Assembly (NCBI RefSeq): GCF_049075655.1
Contig: NZ_CP157522.1
Coordinates: forward strand, 704,001 to 768,000
Length of the DNA stretch: 64,000 nucleotides
Source: Methanothermococcus sp. Ax23
GTDB taxonomy: Archaea > AGJL01 > Methanococci > Methanococcales > Methanococcaceae
Direction of reading: 5' to 3'
The notes beneath the pieces are model-generated. The model worked only from the letters and a program-made list of their open reading frames with translations, was not told where the DNA came from and ran no database searches. How positions within the stretch are numbered: position 1 is the first letter of the stretch; each line of letters begins with the position of its first letter. The position numbers and the translations under genes were made by a program. Of this stretch, positions 20,771 to 32,974 are shown piece by piece.

Positions 20771-21355
20771 ATGGCACATAGTGCTAAATATAGAGTCCCT
20801 TTTAGAAGGAGAAGGGAAGGAAAAACGAATTATAGATTAAGATTGAAATTGTTGTTATCAAAAAAACCAAGATTGGTTGCTAGAAAATCTTTAAATAACA
20901 TGATAGCTCAGCTCGTGGCTTATGATGAGAAGGGAGATAAAATATTAGTTTCAGCTCATTCAAGAGAGCTCGTAAAAATGGGATACAAAGGACACTGCGG
21001 AAACATACCTGCTGCATACTTAACAGGACTTTTGTTGGGTAAAAAGGCACTTAAAGAAGGTTATGATGAAGCAGTTCTTGACTTAGGATTACAGAGTGCT
21101 ACAAAAGGAGCTGCTGTTTTTGCTATATTAAAGGGTGCAGTTGATGCAGGAATGGATATACCACACAGCGAGGACATTCTCCCAGAAGATGAGAGAATTA
21201 ATGGTTCTCATGTAAAAGAATATGCTGAGCTCTTAAAAGAAGAAGATGAAGAAAAATACAAAAAACAGTTTTCAAAGTATTTAGAGAAAGGATTGAATCC
21301 TGAAGATTTGCCAGAACACTTTGAAGAAATAAAGGAGAAGGTTCTCAGTTTATAA
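20771..21355 (+). CDS. rpl18: 50S ribosomal protein uL18
   Basis: [15 protein letters not shown]. Confidence 0.97.
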   Translation: MAHSAKYRVPFRRRREGKTNYRLRLKLLLSKKPRLVARKSLNNMIAQLVAYDEKGDKILVSAHSRELVKMGYKGHCGNIPAAYLTGLLLGKKALKEGYDEAVLDLGLQSATKGAAVFAILKGAVDAGMDIPHSEDILPEDERINGSHVKEYAELLKEEDEEKYKKQFSKYLEKGLNPEDLPEHFEEIKEKVLSL

Positions 21356-21382
21356 TAGTGAGAGAAATATAAAGGTGAAATC

Positions 21383-22048
21383 ATGGCAGCTGAAAAAAGA
21401 TTTAATGTAGAAGCCTGGGAACCTAAAACCCAGGTAGGAAAAATGGTGAAAGAGGGAACCATTACTGATATTGACTATATTTTAGACAATGGTCTTCCTT
21501 TGTTGGAGCCTGAAATTGTAGATGCATTACTCCCAGACATTACCGAACAGGTTTTAGATGTTTCACTTGTTCAGAGAATGCACAAATCAGGAAGAAGAGC
21601 AAGATTTAGAGCTACCGTTGCAGTAGGAAACAAAAACGGTTATGTTGGCGTAGGAATGGGTAAAGCAAAAGAAGTTGGACCTGCAATTAGAAAAGCTATT
21701 GCTCATGCAAAATTATCATTAATTAGAATAAGATTGGGATGTGGTTCATGGGAATGCGGTTGTGGAACACCTCATTCAATTCCATTCACTGCAAAAGGTT
21801 CCTGTGCAAGTGTAAAAATTGAGTTATTGCCTGCACCAAGAGGAGTAGGTTTAGTTGCAGGGGATGTTGCAAAGGCAGTATTGGGTCTCGCAGGTATAAA
21901 GGATATTTGGACAAAAACATTTGGAGACACAAGAACAACATACAACTTTGCAGTAGCTACATTTGATGCACTTAAAAACTTGAACTTTGTTAGATATTTA
22001 CCAGAACACAAGAAAACACTTGGAATTACCGAAGGTAAGGTATTGTAA
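21383..22048 (+). CDS. rps5: 30S ribosomal protein uS5
   Basis: WEPKT, GCGSWEC, PAPRG. Confidence 0.97.
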   Translation: MAAEKRFNVEAWEPKTQVGKMVKEGTITDIDYILDNGLPLLEPEIVDALLPDITEQVLDVSLVQRMHKSGRRARFRATVAVGNKNGYVGVGMGKAKEVGPAIRKAIAHAKLSLIRIRLGCGSWECGCGTPHSIPFTAKGSCASVKIELLPAPRGVGLVAGDVAKAVLGLAGIKDIWTKTFGDTRTTYNFAVATFDALKNLNFVRYLPEHKKTLGITEGKVL

Positions 22049-22127
22049 TTAGTATACATATATAGATATATAGAAAACGAATAAATATTATATCTTACTT
22101 AATTTTTAATAATATAGGTGATGAAAC

Positions 22128-22592
22128 ATGGCTTACGCAGTTGTAAGGGTTAGAGGTAGCGTAGGTGTCAGAGGAGACATTGCAGATACCCTTAAAATGT
22201 TAAGATTACATAGGGTAAATCACTGTGTAATAGTTCCAAACACCGAAACATATAAAGGTATGTTGAATAAAGCAAAGGACTACATTACCTACGGTGAAAT
22301 AGATAAAGATACCCTTGTAAAATTGATATTGAAAAGAGGAAGATTGCCAGGAAATAAAAGATTAAACGAAGAAAAAGTTAAAGAATTGATGGATTTATCC
22401 GTTGAAGAATTAGCTGAAAAAATCGTAAATGAAGAAATCCTCTTAAAAAACACCCCATTGAAACCAGTATTCAGACTCCACCCTCCAAGAAAGGGATACG
22501 ACAAAGCAGGTATCAAAAAACCTTTCTCAGTAGGCGGAGCTCTGGGATACAGGGGAGCTGAGATAAACACATTATTAGAGAAAATGATGTAA
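22128..22592 (+). CDS. rpl30: 50S ribosomal protein uL30
   Basis: [16 protein letters not shown]. Confidence 0.96.
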   Translation: MAYAVVRVRGSVGVRGDIADTLKMLRLHRVNHCVIVPNTETYKGMLNKAKDYITYGEIDKDTLVKLILKRGRLPGNKRLNEEKVKELMDLSVEELAEKIVNEEILLKNTPLKPVFRLHPPRKGYDKAGIKKPFSVGGALGYRGAEINTLLEKMM

Positions 22593-22615
22593 GCAATTAC
22601 ATTTAAGGTGATTGG

Positions 22616-23047
22616 ATGATAAGAAAAAGTAAAAAAATCACAAAGTTAAGAGGTAGCAGAACCTGTGGATATGGTGCAGCTAAAAAGCACAGAGGAGCAG
22701 GTCATAGAGGAGGTAGAGGTTTGGCAGGAGGTCATAAACACAAATGGCTTCACATTGTCAAATACATGCCAGACCACTTTGGAAAATACGGATTCAAAAG
22801 ACACCCAAGTTTGGTTAAAAAATTAAATACTATTAACTTGGGAGACATTGATGAATTAGTATCCAAAAACAAGGACGCATTTGAAGTTGAAGACGGAAAA
22901 ATTGTTGTTGATGTAACAGCATTTGAATATGAAAAAGTTCTTGGAAAAGGTAAATTATCCTGTCCAATGATTATAAAAGCAGTAGAATTCTCAGAAGGAG
23001 CAAAAGAAAAAATAGAATCTGCTGGTGGAGAGTTTGTTGAATTATAA
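22616..23047 (+). CDS. rpl15: 50S ribosomal protein uL15
   Basis: RGSRTCG, KVLGKG, KIESAGG. Confidence 0.97.
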   Translation: MIRKSKKITKLRGSRTCGYGAAKKHRGAGHRGGRGLAGGHKHKWLHIVKYMPDHFGKYGFKRHPSLVKKLNTINLGDIDELVSKNKDAFEVEDGKIVVDVTAFEYEKVLGKGKLSCPMIIKAVEFSEGAKEKIESAGGEFVEL

Positions 23048-23430
23048 TTCAATTAAAACAAATCTTTTGATTATATTATTGCTCTTTCTTATTTTTAATA
23101 AATACGACGATGTTAGTCTAAATACCACTTCTAAAAATAATTTCAATGTATTTGAATGTAATAATATTTTTTTAATTAATATTCTTATTTTTTTACAGTT
23201 TTTTATTTTTGATTATATTATTTTATTTTTATTATTGTTTTAGGATATATTGTTAAATAATAAATATAAAAAATATTTATTATCTGGTATAAACATAGAG
23301 TATATGACATAATGTTAATTTTATGTTTTTTTATTTATTTGCTTTATATAATCTATATCCTATAAACCTATTAAAGGACGAATAATGGAGAAGGAATATA
23401 CGAATATATTAAAAAATATATGGTGATACC

Positions 23431-24759
23431 TTGGAGGAATTTCTTCATAAAATAAGGCCTATACTCGAATACATTCCAGAAGTAAAGCGACCTGAACGGG
23501 ACATACCATTTAAAGAAAAGTTAAAATGGACAGGAATCGTTCTTGCATTGTATTTTATCATGGGGACAATTGATGTATATACTGGGGGAGCTCAGATTCC
23601 ACCAATGTTTGAATTCTGGCAAACTGTGACTGCATCTAAAATGGGGTCATTAATTACATTGGGTATTGGACCTATTGTTACAGCGGGAATTATCATGCAG
23701 CTTTTAGTTGGGGCTGAAATTATAAAACTGGACTTATCCAATCCAAACAACAGGGCAATGTTCCAGGGACTTCAAAAACTATTTGCAATATTCATGTGTT
23801 TCTTGGAAGGTATAATGTTTGTTGGTGCAGGTGCTTTTGGTCCATTATCTCCGATTTTAATGCTGATATTGGTTCTCCAATTGGCAATTGGTGCTATACT
23901 ATTGATTTACCTTGATGAGATAGTTTCAAGGTATGGTATCGGTTCAGGTATTGGTCTTTTCATTGCCGCAGGTGTTTCCCAGACAATATTTGTGGGAGCT
24001 CTGGGTCCAGAAGGGTACTTGTGGAAATTCTTCAACGCTATGATACAGGGAGCATTGGGAACTGCACTGGAATTTATATTACCAATACTGGGAACAATTC
24101 TTGTGTTTTTCATAGTAGTATATGCTGAGAGTATGAGGGTGGAGATTCCACTGGCACATGGAAGAGTTAGGGGTGCAGTGGGTAAATACCCTATAAAATT
24201 CATATATGTGTCAAACCTTCCAGTTATACTTGCTGCTGCATTATTTGCAAATATCCAATTGTGGGGTATGTTCCTTGAAAAGATGGGATTCCCAATTTTG
24301 GGGCATTATGTAAATGGTAGGGCAGTAGATGGTTTGGCCTATTACTTCTCTACACCATACGGATTAACAAGTGTAATATCTGACCCACTACATGCCATAT
24401 TCTACACAATAATGATGATGATATTCTGTGTGATTTTTGGTATATTCTGGGTTGAAACATCAGGTCTTGATGCAAAATCCATGGCAAGAAGGCTTGGAAG
24501 TCTTGACATGGCAATTAAAGGATTTAGAAAGAGCACAAAGTCCATAGAGCAGAGGTTAAAAAGATATATAAAACCTATTACTGTGATGAGCTCAGCATTT
24601 GTTGGACTACTTGCAGCAGGTGCTGATTTCACAGGAGCTCTCGGTGGAGGAACCGGAGTTTTGCTTACAGTTTCCATAGTTTATAGAATGTATGAGCAGC
24701 TTGTTCAAGAGCAAATTTCAGAGTTGCACCCAGCACTTGCAAAGTTAATTAAAAAATAA
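23431..24759 (+). CDS. secY: Preprotein translocase SecY
   Basis: LGIGPIVTA, GIGSGIGLFI, GTGVLL; TTG start after GGTGA. Confidence 0.97.
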   Translation: MEEFLHKIRPILEYIPEVKRPERDIPFKEKLKWTGIVLALYFIMGTIDVYTGGAQIPPMFEFWQTVTASKMGSLITLGIGPIVTAGIIMQLLVGAEIIKLDLSNPNNRAMFQGLQKLFAIFMCFLEGIMFVGAGAFGPLSPILMLILVLQLAIGAILLIYLDEIVSRYGIGSGIGLFIAAGVSQTIFVGALGPEGYLWKFFNAMIQGALGTALEFILPILGTILVFFIVVYAESMRVEIPLAHGRVRGAVGKYPIKFIYVSNLPVILAAALFANIQLWGMFLEKMGFPILGHYVNGRAVDGLAYYFSTPYGLTSVISDPLHAIFYTIMMMIFCVIFGIFWVETSGLDAKSMARRLGSLDMAIKGFRKSTKSIEQRLKRYIKPITVMSSAFVGLLAAGADFTGALGGGTGVLLTVSIVYRMYEQLVQEQISELHPALAKLIKK

Positions 24760-24817
24760 AACTAAAAAATAAAAAAGTAAGTAAAAAATAAAATCAAATA
24801 ATTTCAATTTTTATTAT

Positions 24818-25729
24818 TTATTTTATTAATGTCACATTAAATAAAACTGCCAATACTCCAAAAAATATAGATATGCTCCACAGTATGAAGGCAATATCAT
24901 ATTCTTTCATAGGTTTTTTCTTTAATATGATTCTAGGAAGTGATAGGTATCCGCTAATAACATGGAGCTTTCCATCTTCTCCCAATATTGTAGGTTTATG
25001 TTCTTCCCTCTTGGTTATACCAGCTGAATAATACTTTAAAGAAGCATCAATAATATAGGGCATCATAATAATGACAAATTCTGGAATGATACTCCTCCAT
25101 ACTGCTATCGTAGCTAAAAACGCTCCAATTGGAAGAGTTCCAACATCCCCTGGAAATACCTTTGCAGGGTATTTATTAAGTATAAAAAATCCAAAATAAG
25201 ATGCCAAAAATACCATGACAATTTCAAAACCATAGTAATCTCCGTTTAACAATAAAATAATTCCTAAAAAAAATGCTGAGATTATGCCCAAACCTATTTC
25301 TAATCCATTGAATCCAGCGAGCATATTTGTTAAATTTGACGATATTGATATGCCCAAAACAAGAAGTATTATCTTAAAAATATCAAAACCAAATAATAAA
25401 TATCCTATTGGAATACCAATCAATCCAAGTAATATGAGTTTCTTATAGGGGGATAATTTGTATAAATCATCATATACTCCTATAAGTCCAGATATAAACA
25501 AAACCGATGATATTAGGGGATTGAAAATAGATATTACCAAAGCACTTAATGATACGGGGACAATTCCTCCCATTTCAGGCACTTTGGTTTTTTCTTTCTT
25601 GTGTAAATCAATGCCGTATCTATAATTAATCATCTTAACTATAAAAATCCTTGTAAGTATATATGATGATGCAAAACATAATAAACATAAAACACCTAAA
25701 ACGTAAATATTTAAATGGTATTCAAGCAT
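24818..25729 (-). CDS. Polyprenyl-phosphate GlcNAc-1-phosphate transferase (glycosyltransferase family 4, AglH/MraY-like)
   Basis: PEMGG, GVYDD, NMLAGFNGL, FPGDVG; divergent from aglB. Confidence 0.88.
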   Translation of the reverse strand: MLEYHLNIYVLGVLCLLCFASSYILTRIFIVKMINYRYGIDLHKKEKTKVPEMGGIVPVSLSALVISIFNPLISSVLFISGLIGVYDDLYKLSPYKKLILLGLIGIPIGYLLFGFDIFKIILLVLGISISSNLTNMLAGFNGLEIGLGIISAFFLGIILLLNGDYYGFEIVMVFLASYFGFFILNKYPAKVFPGDVGTLPIGAFLATIAVWRSIIPEFVIIMMPYIIDASLKYYSAGITKREEHKPTILGEDGKLHVISGYLSLPRIILKKKPMKEYDIAFILWSISIFFGVLAVLFNVTLIK

Positions 25730-25890
25730 TTTTTCACCTTTAAATAGACCTCTGGGATGAATAATTCCTATCAACGATTTATAGCATGCTACAATTAAAA
25801 TGTATTGATTCATAAACTATTTATAAATATATTATTTTATTATTTTAATGGGATATATCTTTCAAATAATTAAATTATTGGAGGCACAAT

Positions 25891-28497
25891 ATGGGGAATA
25901 TATTAAATAAAATATCTGAGTTCTTTAATAAACATGAATATATAAAATTATTCTTAATAGTTTTGATAATAGGACTCATAAGCTTTCAGCTAAGAGCTCA
26001 GCCAGCAGATATGGGATTCACAAATAATCCCCAATTGAAGAGCATGTTTGCAGATGAGAATGGAAGGATGTATTTAGTGGCATTAGACCCTTATTACTAC
26101 CTAAGAATGACAGAAGATTATTATTATAATGGACATCTTGGGGAGACACTAAAAGAAGTTAATGGAAAATTGGTGCCTTATGATACCTGCCAGTATGCAC
26201 CACCAGGACATCCAATAACGAGCTCAGTTCCAGTAATATCATTAACTACAATTGCGATATATAATATATGGCATTCGTTTGATTCAACTGTAACGCTGAT
26301 GAATGCGGCTTATTGGGTTCCTGCTGTAATGGGTATGTTGTTGGGAATCCCAGTGTTCTTTATAGTGAGGAGAACCACATTAAGTAATATTGGAGGAATT
26401 GTGGGGGCATTGGCAATCGTATCAAGTCCGGCTCTATTGTATAAAACTTCAGCAGGTTTTGCAGATACTCCAATATTTGAGGTTTTGCCAATACTGTTCA
26501 TAGTATGGTTTATTATGGAGGCAATACATCATCAGGAAAATCTAAAAAAATCCGTAATATTTGCTACATTGGCAACACTGGTAATGGCAATGGCTCCAAG
26601 AATGTGGGCAGGTTGGTGGTATGGATACGATATTGTGAGCGGATTTTTAGTGTTGTATTTGATATATAGCTATATCATCAAGAATAACTATAAAAAATCT
26701 GTTGTAGAAGTTGGAAACATAAAAAACATACTTTCGATTATGGGGATATTTACCCTGGGCGGAGCTCTATTGATATCTGCCATTTATGGGATAAACAGCT
26801 TTATAAACGGAGCTCTTGCACCTATTGGATTCACAACAATAAAGGCAGTTTCACATGCATCAGGATGGCCGAATGTATATACAACAGTATCGGAGCTCGC
26901 TACTCCATCCATACATGATATTATAAATAACTCATTAGGTAGCACATATCTCTTTGCATTAGGTATAGTTGGGGTAATATTGTCATTTATTTCAATGAGA
27001 TACAAGGAAATGAAGGTTAAATTTGATGCAAAATATGCTATATTATTGACACTTTGGTTATTTGCAACATTCTATGCATCTACAAAGGGTGTTAGATTTA
27101 TAGGATTGATGGTTCCACCATTATCCATAGGAGTAGGTATATTTGCTGGACAGATAATAAATATAATAAAAAGAAGGAGTGATGATTTAACAAAATGGAC
27201 ATTGTATCCTATAATTGGTATTTCATTTTTGATGGCACTTAAAGTTGCAGCACCTAAATTATTGGAGATATTGGTTCCTACAACCTATGTTCCTATTGCA
27301 GCCTATGGTATGTTGCTCACACTTGCAATACTTGTAGTATATAAAATAGTTGATATAATTTCATCAAATAATAAGGAAATACAGGCAAAAAAGATTGTTA
27401 GCATATTATTGGCAGTAACTTTGGTTCTTCCACCATTGGCAAATGCTGTTCCATTGAACACAGCACCAACATTAAATAACGGATGGCTGGATAGTTTAAA
27501 TTGGATAAAAACAGAAACTCCAAATAACTCAGTAATTACCTGCTGGTGGGACAATGGACACATATATACCTGGGCTACAAGAAAAATGGTAACATTTGAT
27601 GGAGGTAGCCAAAACTCACCAAGGGCTTACTGGGTAGGAAGAGCATTTTCCACATCAAATGAAAATCTTTCCATTGGAATACTTAGAATGCTTGCCACAA
27701 GTGGAGATAAGGCATTTGAAAGAGATGGAATTTTAATGAACAAAACAAACCACAGCGTAGCGGAAACTGTAAAAATATTAAATGAAATACTACCTTTGGA
27801 TAGGACTAATGCATATAATATATTAACGAATAAGTATGGCTTAACCAGTAAGGAAGCAAATGAAGTATTAAATGCAACCCATCCAGAAAATCCAAATCCT
27901 GATTACTTAATTACCTACAACAGAATGACGGATATTGCTCCGGTTTGGAGTATGTTTGGTATGTGGGATTTCAATCTTTCACCAAATACTCCAGATAGTC
28001 AAAGAGAAAAAGGATATTATCAAAAATTAACCGGAGAAGGGTTTTTAAATAATGAGTCACTTATTGTGAGAGTTCCATTGCAGAAAACAAATGACTATAT
28101 GGTTATGAATCTCATTGTAATAAAAAATGCAACCATGGTAAGTTATGATATTACCTATAACTTAAAAACAAAAACTTTAATGAGTGAAAAAATCACAGGA
28201 TTCCACAAAATAATTGTTAAAGATGGAGATAATATATATGAAAATACATTCAATGAAAATGGAACTATGAGTGAAATTGTTAGATTAAAACCAGCAGGTA
28301 ATGGTCAGTATTATGCCTATGTTTGGATTTCATCAAGAAATCTCGAAGATAGTGTATATACAAAGCTTCATTTCCTTGATGGAGCAGGTTTAAAACACAT
28401 TAAACTTGTTAAGGAATCCACAGACCCTACAAACTATGGAATTCAGCCAGGATTTAAGGTTTATAAAGTGGATTATGGAAATGAATATTTAAATTAA
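25891..28497 (+). CDS. aglB: Oligosaccharyltransferase STT3
   Basis: DPYYY, TVSE, WWDNG and DGG motifs; many TM helices. Confidence 0.95.
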   Translation: MGNILNKISEFFNKHEYIKLFLIVLIIGLISFQLRAQPADMGFTNNPQLKSMFADENGRMYLVALDPYYYLRMTEDYYYNGHLGETLKEVNGKLVPYDTCQYAPPGHPITSSVPVISLTTIAIYNIWHSFDSTVTLMNAAYWVPAVMGMLLGIPVFFIVRRTTLSNIGGIVGALAIVSSPALLYKTSAGFADTPIFEVLPILFIVWFIMEAIHHQENLKKSVIFATLATLVMAMAPRMWAGWWYGYDIVSGFLVLYLIYSYIIKNNYKKSVVEVGNIKNILSIMGIFTLGGALLISAIYGINSFINGALAPIGFTTIKAVSHASGWPNVYTTVSELATPSIHDIINNSLGSTYLFALGIVGVILSFISMRYKEMKVKFDAKYAILLTLWLFATFYASTKGVRFIGLMVPPLSIGVGIFAGQIINIIKRRSDDLTKWTLYPIIGISFLMALKVAAPKLLEILVPTTYVPIAAYGMLLTLAILVVYKIVDIISSNNKEIQAKKIVSILLAVTLVLPPLANAVPLNTAPTLNNGWLDSLNWIKTETPNNSVITCWWDNGHIYTWATRKMVTFDGGSQNSPRAYWVGRAFSTSNENLSIGILRMLATSGDKAFERDGILMNKTNHSVAETVKILNEILPLDRTNAYNILTNKYGLTSKEANEVLNATHPENPNPDYLITYNRMTDIAPVWSMFGMWDFNLSPNTPDSQREKGYYQKLTGEGFLNNESLIVRVPLQKTNDYMVMNLIVIKNATMVSYDITYNLKTKTLMSEKITGFHKIIVKDGDNIYENTFNENGTMSEIVRLKPAGNGQYYAYVWISSRNLEDSVYTKLHFLDGAGLKHIKLVKESTDPTNYGIQPGFKVYKVDYGNEYLN

Positions 28498-28573
28498 CTT
28501 TTAACTTTTAATTATTAATCTTTAACTTTTTTAAATTTTTAATTTTTAAAATAATACTTTTTTAGGTGATTTA

Positions 28574-29110
28574 ATGGTTGTTGAAGTTTTGAGGTTGGGT
28601 CATAGAGGAGAACGAGATAAAAGAATATCTACACATGTTGCATTAACTGCGCGAGCTTTGGGTGCAGATAAAATAATATTCACATGTGAGGATAATCATG
28701 TAAGAGAAAGTGTAAATAGGATAGTGGAAAATTGGGGCGGAGATTTTAAATTTGAAGTGGTAGATTCGTGGAAATCCTATGTAAAAAGATTTAAAGAAAA
28801 CAATGGAATTGTTGTTCATTTAACCATGTATGGAGAAAATATAAATAAAACGATAGATAACATTAAGGAAAATATAAAAACAGATAAAAATATTATAATA
28901 ATAATTGGTGCAGAAAAGGTTCCAAAGGAAGCTTACGAACTGGCAGATTATAACATTTCCATTGGAAATCAGCCACATTCAGAGGTTGCAGCAATTGCCA
29001 TATTTTTAGATAGGCTGTTTGAAGGAGAAACGCTTTATAGAGATTACGATGACGCAAAAATAAAGGTCATGCCATCAAAAAAAGAAAAATTTGTGATACT
29101 TGAAAAATAA
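28574..29110 (+). CDS. trm56: tRNA (cytidine56-2'-O)-methyltransferase (aTrm56)
   Basis: RLGHR.ERDKR.STHV, HLTMYG, GAEKVP, NQPHSEV. Confidence 0.95.
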   Translation: MVVEVLRLGHRGERDKRISTHVALTARALGADKIIFTCEDNHVRESVNRIVENWGGDFKFEVVDSWKSYVKRFKENNGIVVHLTMYGENINKTIDNIKENIKTDKNIIIIIGAEKVPKEAYELADYNISIGNQPHSEVAAIAIFLDRLFEGETLYRDYDDAKIKVMPSKKEKFVILEK

Positions 29111-29316
29111 TTTACTTTATATCATCTCATGTTATTGCGTATTTTGATGGAATAACATTTTAAGGAGCTCTAACATTACACCTAATAATCAAACAAACAA
29201 CTTAACTAAAAAACTAAACAACTACTTATAATCTTACTATTATCATAAAATTCATAAAATCCCCAACTGGGTTTTAAATGCCAAAGGAAGATTATTTAAT
29301 TAATTATGGTGAAATA

Positions 29317-29931
29317 ATGATATTAAGTGATAAAGATATTTTTGAATACGTGGAATCCAATAAACTATTGATTGAACCCTTTAATAGGGATTTTGTTGGA
29401 CCATGTTCTTATGATGTTACACTTGGAGACGAGTTTATAGTGTATAATGATGAAGTTTATGATTTAAAGGAAAAACTTAAACACGAAAAATTTAAAATAG
29501 AAAACTCAATAATGGTATGCCCATTATATCATAAATTAGATGATGATACAATAAAATATTATAAGAAAAAATACAAAGTAGATGCTGTGATTAGTGGAGG
29601 ATTACTTGGAACTACAAACGAGTATGTAAAACTCCCGAATGATATATGTGCTCAGTATCAAGGTAGGAGCTCCTTTGGGAGAGTGTTCTTACAATCTCAT
29701 CAAACAGCAGGATGGATTGATGCAGGATTTATGGGAAAAATTACATTGGAGATAGTGGCTTATGATAAACCTGTAATACTTTATAAAAATCAAAGGATTG
29801 GACAGTTAATATTCTCTAAAACAAACACTCCTGCAAGTGTTGGTTATTGCGATAGAAGGAGCTCCAAGTATGGAGGTCAGGATTCTGTAATGCCTTCATT
29901 AATATGTAAGGAGTTAAATAGTTTAAAATAA
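29317..29931 (+). CDS. dcd: dCTP deaminase (probably dUMP-forming)
   Basis: MILSDKDI, GRSSFGR, AGWIDAGF.GKITLE. Confidence 0.92.
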   Translation: MILSDKDIFEYVESNKLLIEPFNRDFVGPCSYDVTLGDEFIVYNDEVYDLKEKLKHEKFKIENSIMVCPLYHKLDDDTIKYYKKKYKVDAVISGGLLGTTNEYVKLPNDICAQYQGRSSFGRVFLQSHQTAGWIDAGFMGKITLEIVAYDKPVILYKNQRIGQLIFSKTNTPASVGYCDRRSSKYGGQDSVMPSLICKELNSLK

Positions 29932-30011
29932 TAAAAATAATAAAAAAGGATAAAATAAATTAAAAATAAAATAAAAAATAAGAAATAAAAGCTACGAAAA
30001 AGGATGATATT

Positions 30012-31388
30012 ATGTATGTTCCAGAAGAAATTATAGAAACAATTAGAATGATAGAGCATGAAAATTTAGATATTAGAGCAACTACAATGGGTATAAACTT
30101 AAAGGATTGTGCCTGTGAAGATATAGATACTCTAAAAGAAAATATATACAATAAAATAGTTTCAAATGCAGAAAATCTCGTGGAAACTGCTGAAAGAGTA
30201 TCTAAAAAATATGGAATCCCAATAGTTACAAAGAGGGTTTCAGTTACTCCAATAGGTTCCATTATTGGAAGTGCCATAAAAAATATGGACAGAGATGAGG
30301 CAATTAAAGCATGTGTGGAAGTGGGAAAAACACTTGACAAGGCTGCAAAGGATATAAATATAGATTTTATTGGCGGTTATTCAGCACTTGTTCAAAAGGG
30401 CATTACAAGAAGCGAGGCTATGTTAATCGACTCCATACCATATATGATGAAAGAAACTAATACAGTATGTTCATCAGTAAATGTGGCAACAACAAAAGCT
30501 GGAATAAACATGGATGCAGTTAAGAGAATGGGGGAAGTAATAAAGGAAACATCTGAGATGACAGAAGATGCGTTGGGATGTGCAAAACTTGTGGTATTTG
30601 CAAATGCTCCTGAGGATAATCCATTTATGGCAGGGGCATTCCACGGAGTTGGAGAGGGTGATGCAGTAATAAATGTTGGGGTTTCAGGACCCGGCGTTGT
30701 AAGGGCAACTGTTGAAAAACTCAAAGGTGCGGACATAGGGACAGTATGTAACGAGATTAAAAAAACCGCATTTAAAATCACAAGAGTTGGTGAGCTCATA
30801 GGAAGAGAGGTATCAAAAGAATTAAATGTTCCATTTGGAATTGTGGATTTATCCCTTGCACCAACTCCTGCGGTAGGGGACAGTATAGCAAACATTTTGG
30901 AGGCAATTGGTCTTGAAAGATGCGGAACGCACGGAACAACTGCGGCACTTGCTTTATTAAACGATGCAGTTAAAAAAGGAGGGGCAATGGCGGCAAGTTA
31001 TGTTGGAGGATTGAGTGGTTCATTTATTCCAGTAAGCGAAGATGCTGGAATGATAAGAGCAGTTGAAGATGGTGCATTGAAATTGGATAAGCTTGAAGCT
31101 ATGACCTGTGTATGTTCAGTGGGTCTTGATATGATAGCAATACCTGGAAAAACACCAGCTTCAACAATATCTGCAATAATAGCCGACGAAATGGCAATAG
31201 GAGTAATTAACAAAAAAACCACAGCAGTTAGAATAATACCTGTTCCAAACAAGGATGTTGGGGACTATGTGGAATACGGTGGATTGTTAGGAAAAGCCCC
31301 AATAATGCCCGTAAATGAATATTCATCAGAGGAGTTTATAAACAGAGGTGGAAGAATACCATCACCACTTCAATCTATGTTGAATTAA
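30012..31388 (+). CDS. UPF0210 / DUF711 (PFL-like) protein
   Basis: [35 protein letters not shown]. Confidence 0.9.
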   Translation: MYVPEEIIETIRMIEHENLDIRATTMGINLKDCACEDIDTLKENIYNKIVSNAENLVETAERVSKKYGIPIVTKRVSVTPIGSIIGSAIKNMDRDEAIKACVEVGKTLDKAAKDINIDFIGGYSALVQKGITRSEAMLIDSIPYMMKETNTVCSSVNVATTKAGINMDAVKRMGEVIKETSEMTEDALGCAKLVVFANAPEDNPFMAGAFHGVGEGDAVINVGVSGPGVVRATVEKLKGADIGTVCNEIKKTAFKITRVGELIGREVSKELNVPFGIVDLSLAPTPAVGDSIANILEAIGLERCGTHGTTAALALLNDAVKKGGAMAASYVGGLSGSFIPVSEDAGMIRAVEDGALKLDKLEAMTCVCSVGLDMIAIPGKTPASTISAIIADEMAIGVINKKTTAVRIIPVPNKDVGDYVEYGGLLGKAPIMPVNEYSSEEFINRGGRIPSPLQSMLN

Positions 31389-31493
31389 AAAATAAAATTA
31401 AAAAATTAAAAAATTAAAAGTAGATAGAAGTTATTTATATATCAAAAAATATATTATAAAGATAAAATAAAAGATATATATCAATGTGATATT

Positions 31494-31658
31494 ATGGCTA
31501 GAAAAAATGAAGATGCTGGACTTAGCACAAGTGCGGGGCTAGTTAGATATATGGATGAGGATATATCTAAAATTAAAATATCCCCTGAAAAAGTTCTGGG
31601 CATTACCATTACAATAATGGTTTTGGAAGCTATTTTGAATTATGGTATATTTATCTAA
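31494..31658 (+). CDS. secG: Preprotein translocase Sec61beta/SecG, missing from ORF track
   Basis: 54 aa; SAGLVRYMDE...KISPE plus C-terminal TM helix. Confidence 0.9.
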   Translation: MARKNEDAGLSTSAGLVRYMDEDISKIKISPEKVLGITITIMVLEAILNYGIFI

Positions 31659-31702
31659 TTATTACTAATTTTATTTTTATTTAGCAGAAAAATTATATAA
31701 AA

Positions 31703-32956
31703 CTAATTTATAGATTTTCGATATATTGTTAATATGTCTTCATCATATTCGGATTCTAATTTATAGTTATCAATATATGGATAATCAACATATTTTTTCA
31801 GTTCTTTTCCAAGAGCTCCTGCAAGTATAAATTTAATATTTTTGGATTTATATTTCTCAATAACATTTAGTAATTTTTTTACATCTATTTCTTCACAGGT
31901 GCATCCGAAGTCTCCACCAACTATAACAATTCCACTATCAAAAACATCTGCAAAGTCATTAATGGCATAATCAATAGATTTAACATCAAGACCGGGATTT
32001 ATATTTTCAATTATGTAGTGGTTTTTTATCTTTCTAATATTCATTCTATTTTTTATTTCAAAAGTTTTTATTTTATCAATAATATATTCACAATCAACAA
32101 AATTTTCACATATATTTAGAGCGAATAGGGAATCTTCTATATAATGAGCTCCGAATATGTATTTGCTAAACTCGATGGTTTTGTTGTTGTATTTATATTT
32201 TAAAGGATATTTTGATATAATTTCAGCATTTTCTGAGTTTATAATTGTTAAATTGTTTTGGGATGAATTAATATTTTTAATATTTTTAACCACAGCAGTT
32301 TTACCGCATTTATCAAGAATATTTTTGTTAATATATCCTTTATCGGCGTTTTTTAAAGTTGATAATTTGGCAGTAAGTGCATTTCTTCTACCGCCACCAA
32401 TTGGATAGTTTTCCAACACATTTGTAAGAGCTCCGTATCCACATGCTGTAATTCCCAAGGATACTTCAAATATAAATAAATCATAGAAATCAAGATTATT
32501 AGCTTCATTTAATTTATTGATATGATTTAATATAGATACAGGAGTGATAGAACCTTTATTGCTATTGTTTAGAAAGATATTATAGTCATCCTTTAATATA
32601 TGGTGTAGGAGCTCTGTTGTTGTGGTCTTTCCCTTCACTCCTGTAATTTCTATGAACTTTTTATATATGTTTCCGTATTTTTTATAGATGAGCTCCGAAA
32701 CTGCATCATGAAAAGAGATAAAATCATAGTCAATAGGACAGTGAATTGGGGCAATAACATTATCGTATTTTTCAAAATCTGGTTTTTCTTTTGATGATAT
32801 TAGACTTATATTCTCAATAGAATAATTTAAATTTTTTAAAAAATCTTTATCTTTTTCCAATTTTCCATAAATATCCCAAACAGAGACATTATGTCCTAAA
32901 TCAATATATTCTTTTGCAATGTCCAATGCACCATGATTTACATCAATTATAAGCAT
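31703..32956 (-). CDS. cfbE: Coenzyme F430 synthetase (MurD-like)
   Basis: DVNHG, APIHCP, ITGVKGKTTT, EVSLG, NPGL, CEE motifs. Confidence 0.88.
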   Translation of the reverse strand: MLIIDVNHGALDIAKEYIDLGHNVSVWDIYGKLEKDKDFLKNLNYSIENISLISSKEKPDFEKYDNVIAPIHCPIDYDFISFHDAVSELIYKKYGNIYKKFIEITGVKGKTTTTELLHHILKDDYNIFLNNSNKGSITPVSILNHINKLNEANNLDFYDLFIFEVSLGITACGYGALTNVLENYPIGGGRRNALTAKLSTLKNADKGYINKNILDKCGKTAVVKNIKNINSSQNNLTIINSENAEIISKYPLKYKYNNKTIEFSKYIFGAHYIEDSLFALNICENFVDCEYIIDKIKTFEIKNRMNIRKIKNHYIIENINPGLDVKSIDYAINDFADVFDSGIVIVGGDFGCTCEEIDVKKLLNVIEKYKSKNIKFILAGALGKELKKYVDYPYIDNYKLESEYDEDILTIYRKSIN

Positions 32957-32974
32957 TATATCACTTGTATTATT

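Noticed and set aside
23025-23243. 72-aa hydrophobic ORF between rpl15 and secY
   Set aside because: Extremely AT-rich low-complexity intergenic DNA, overlaps rpl15, no RBS
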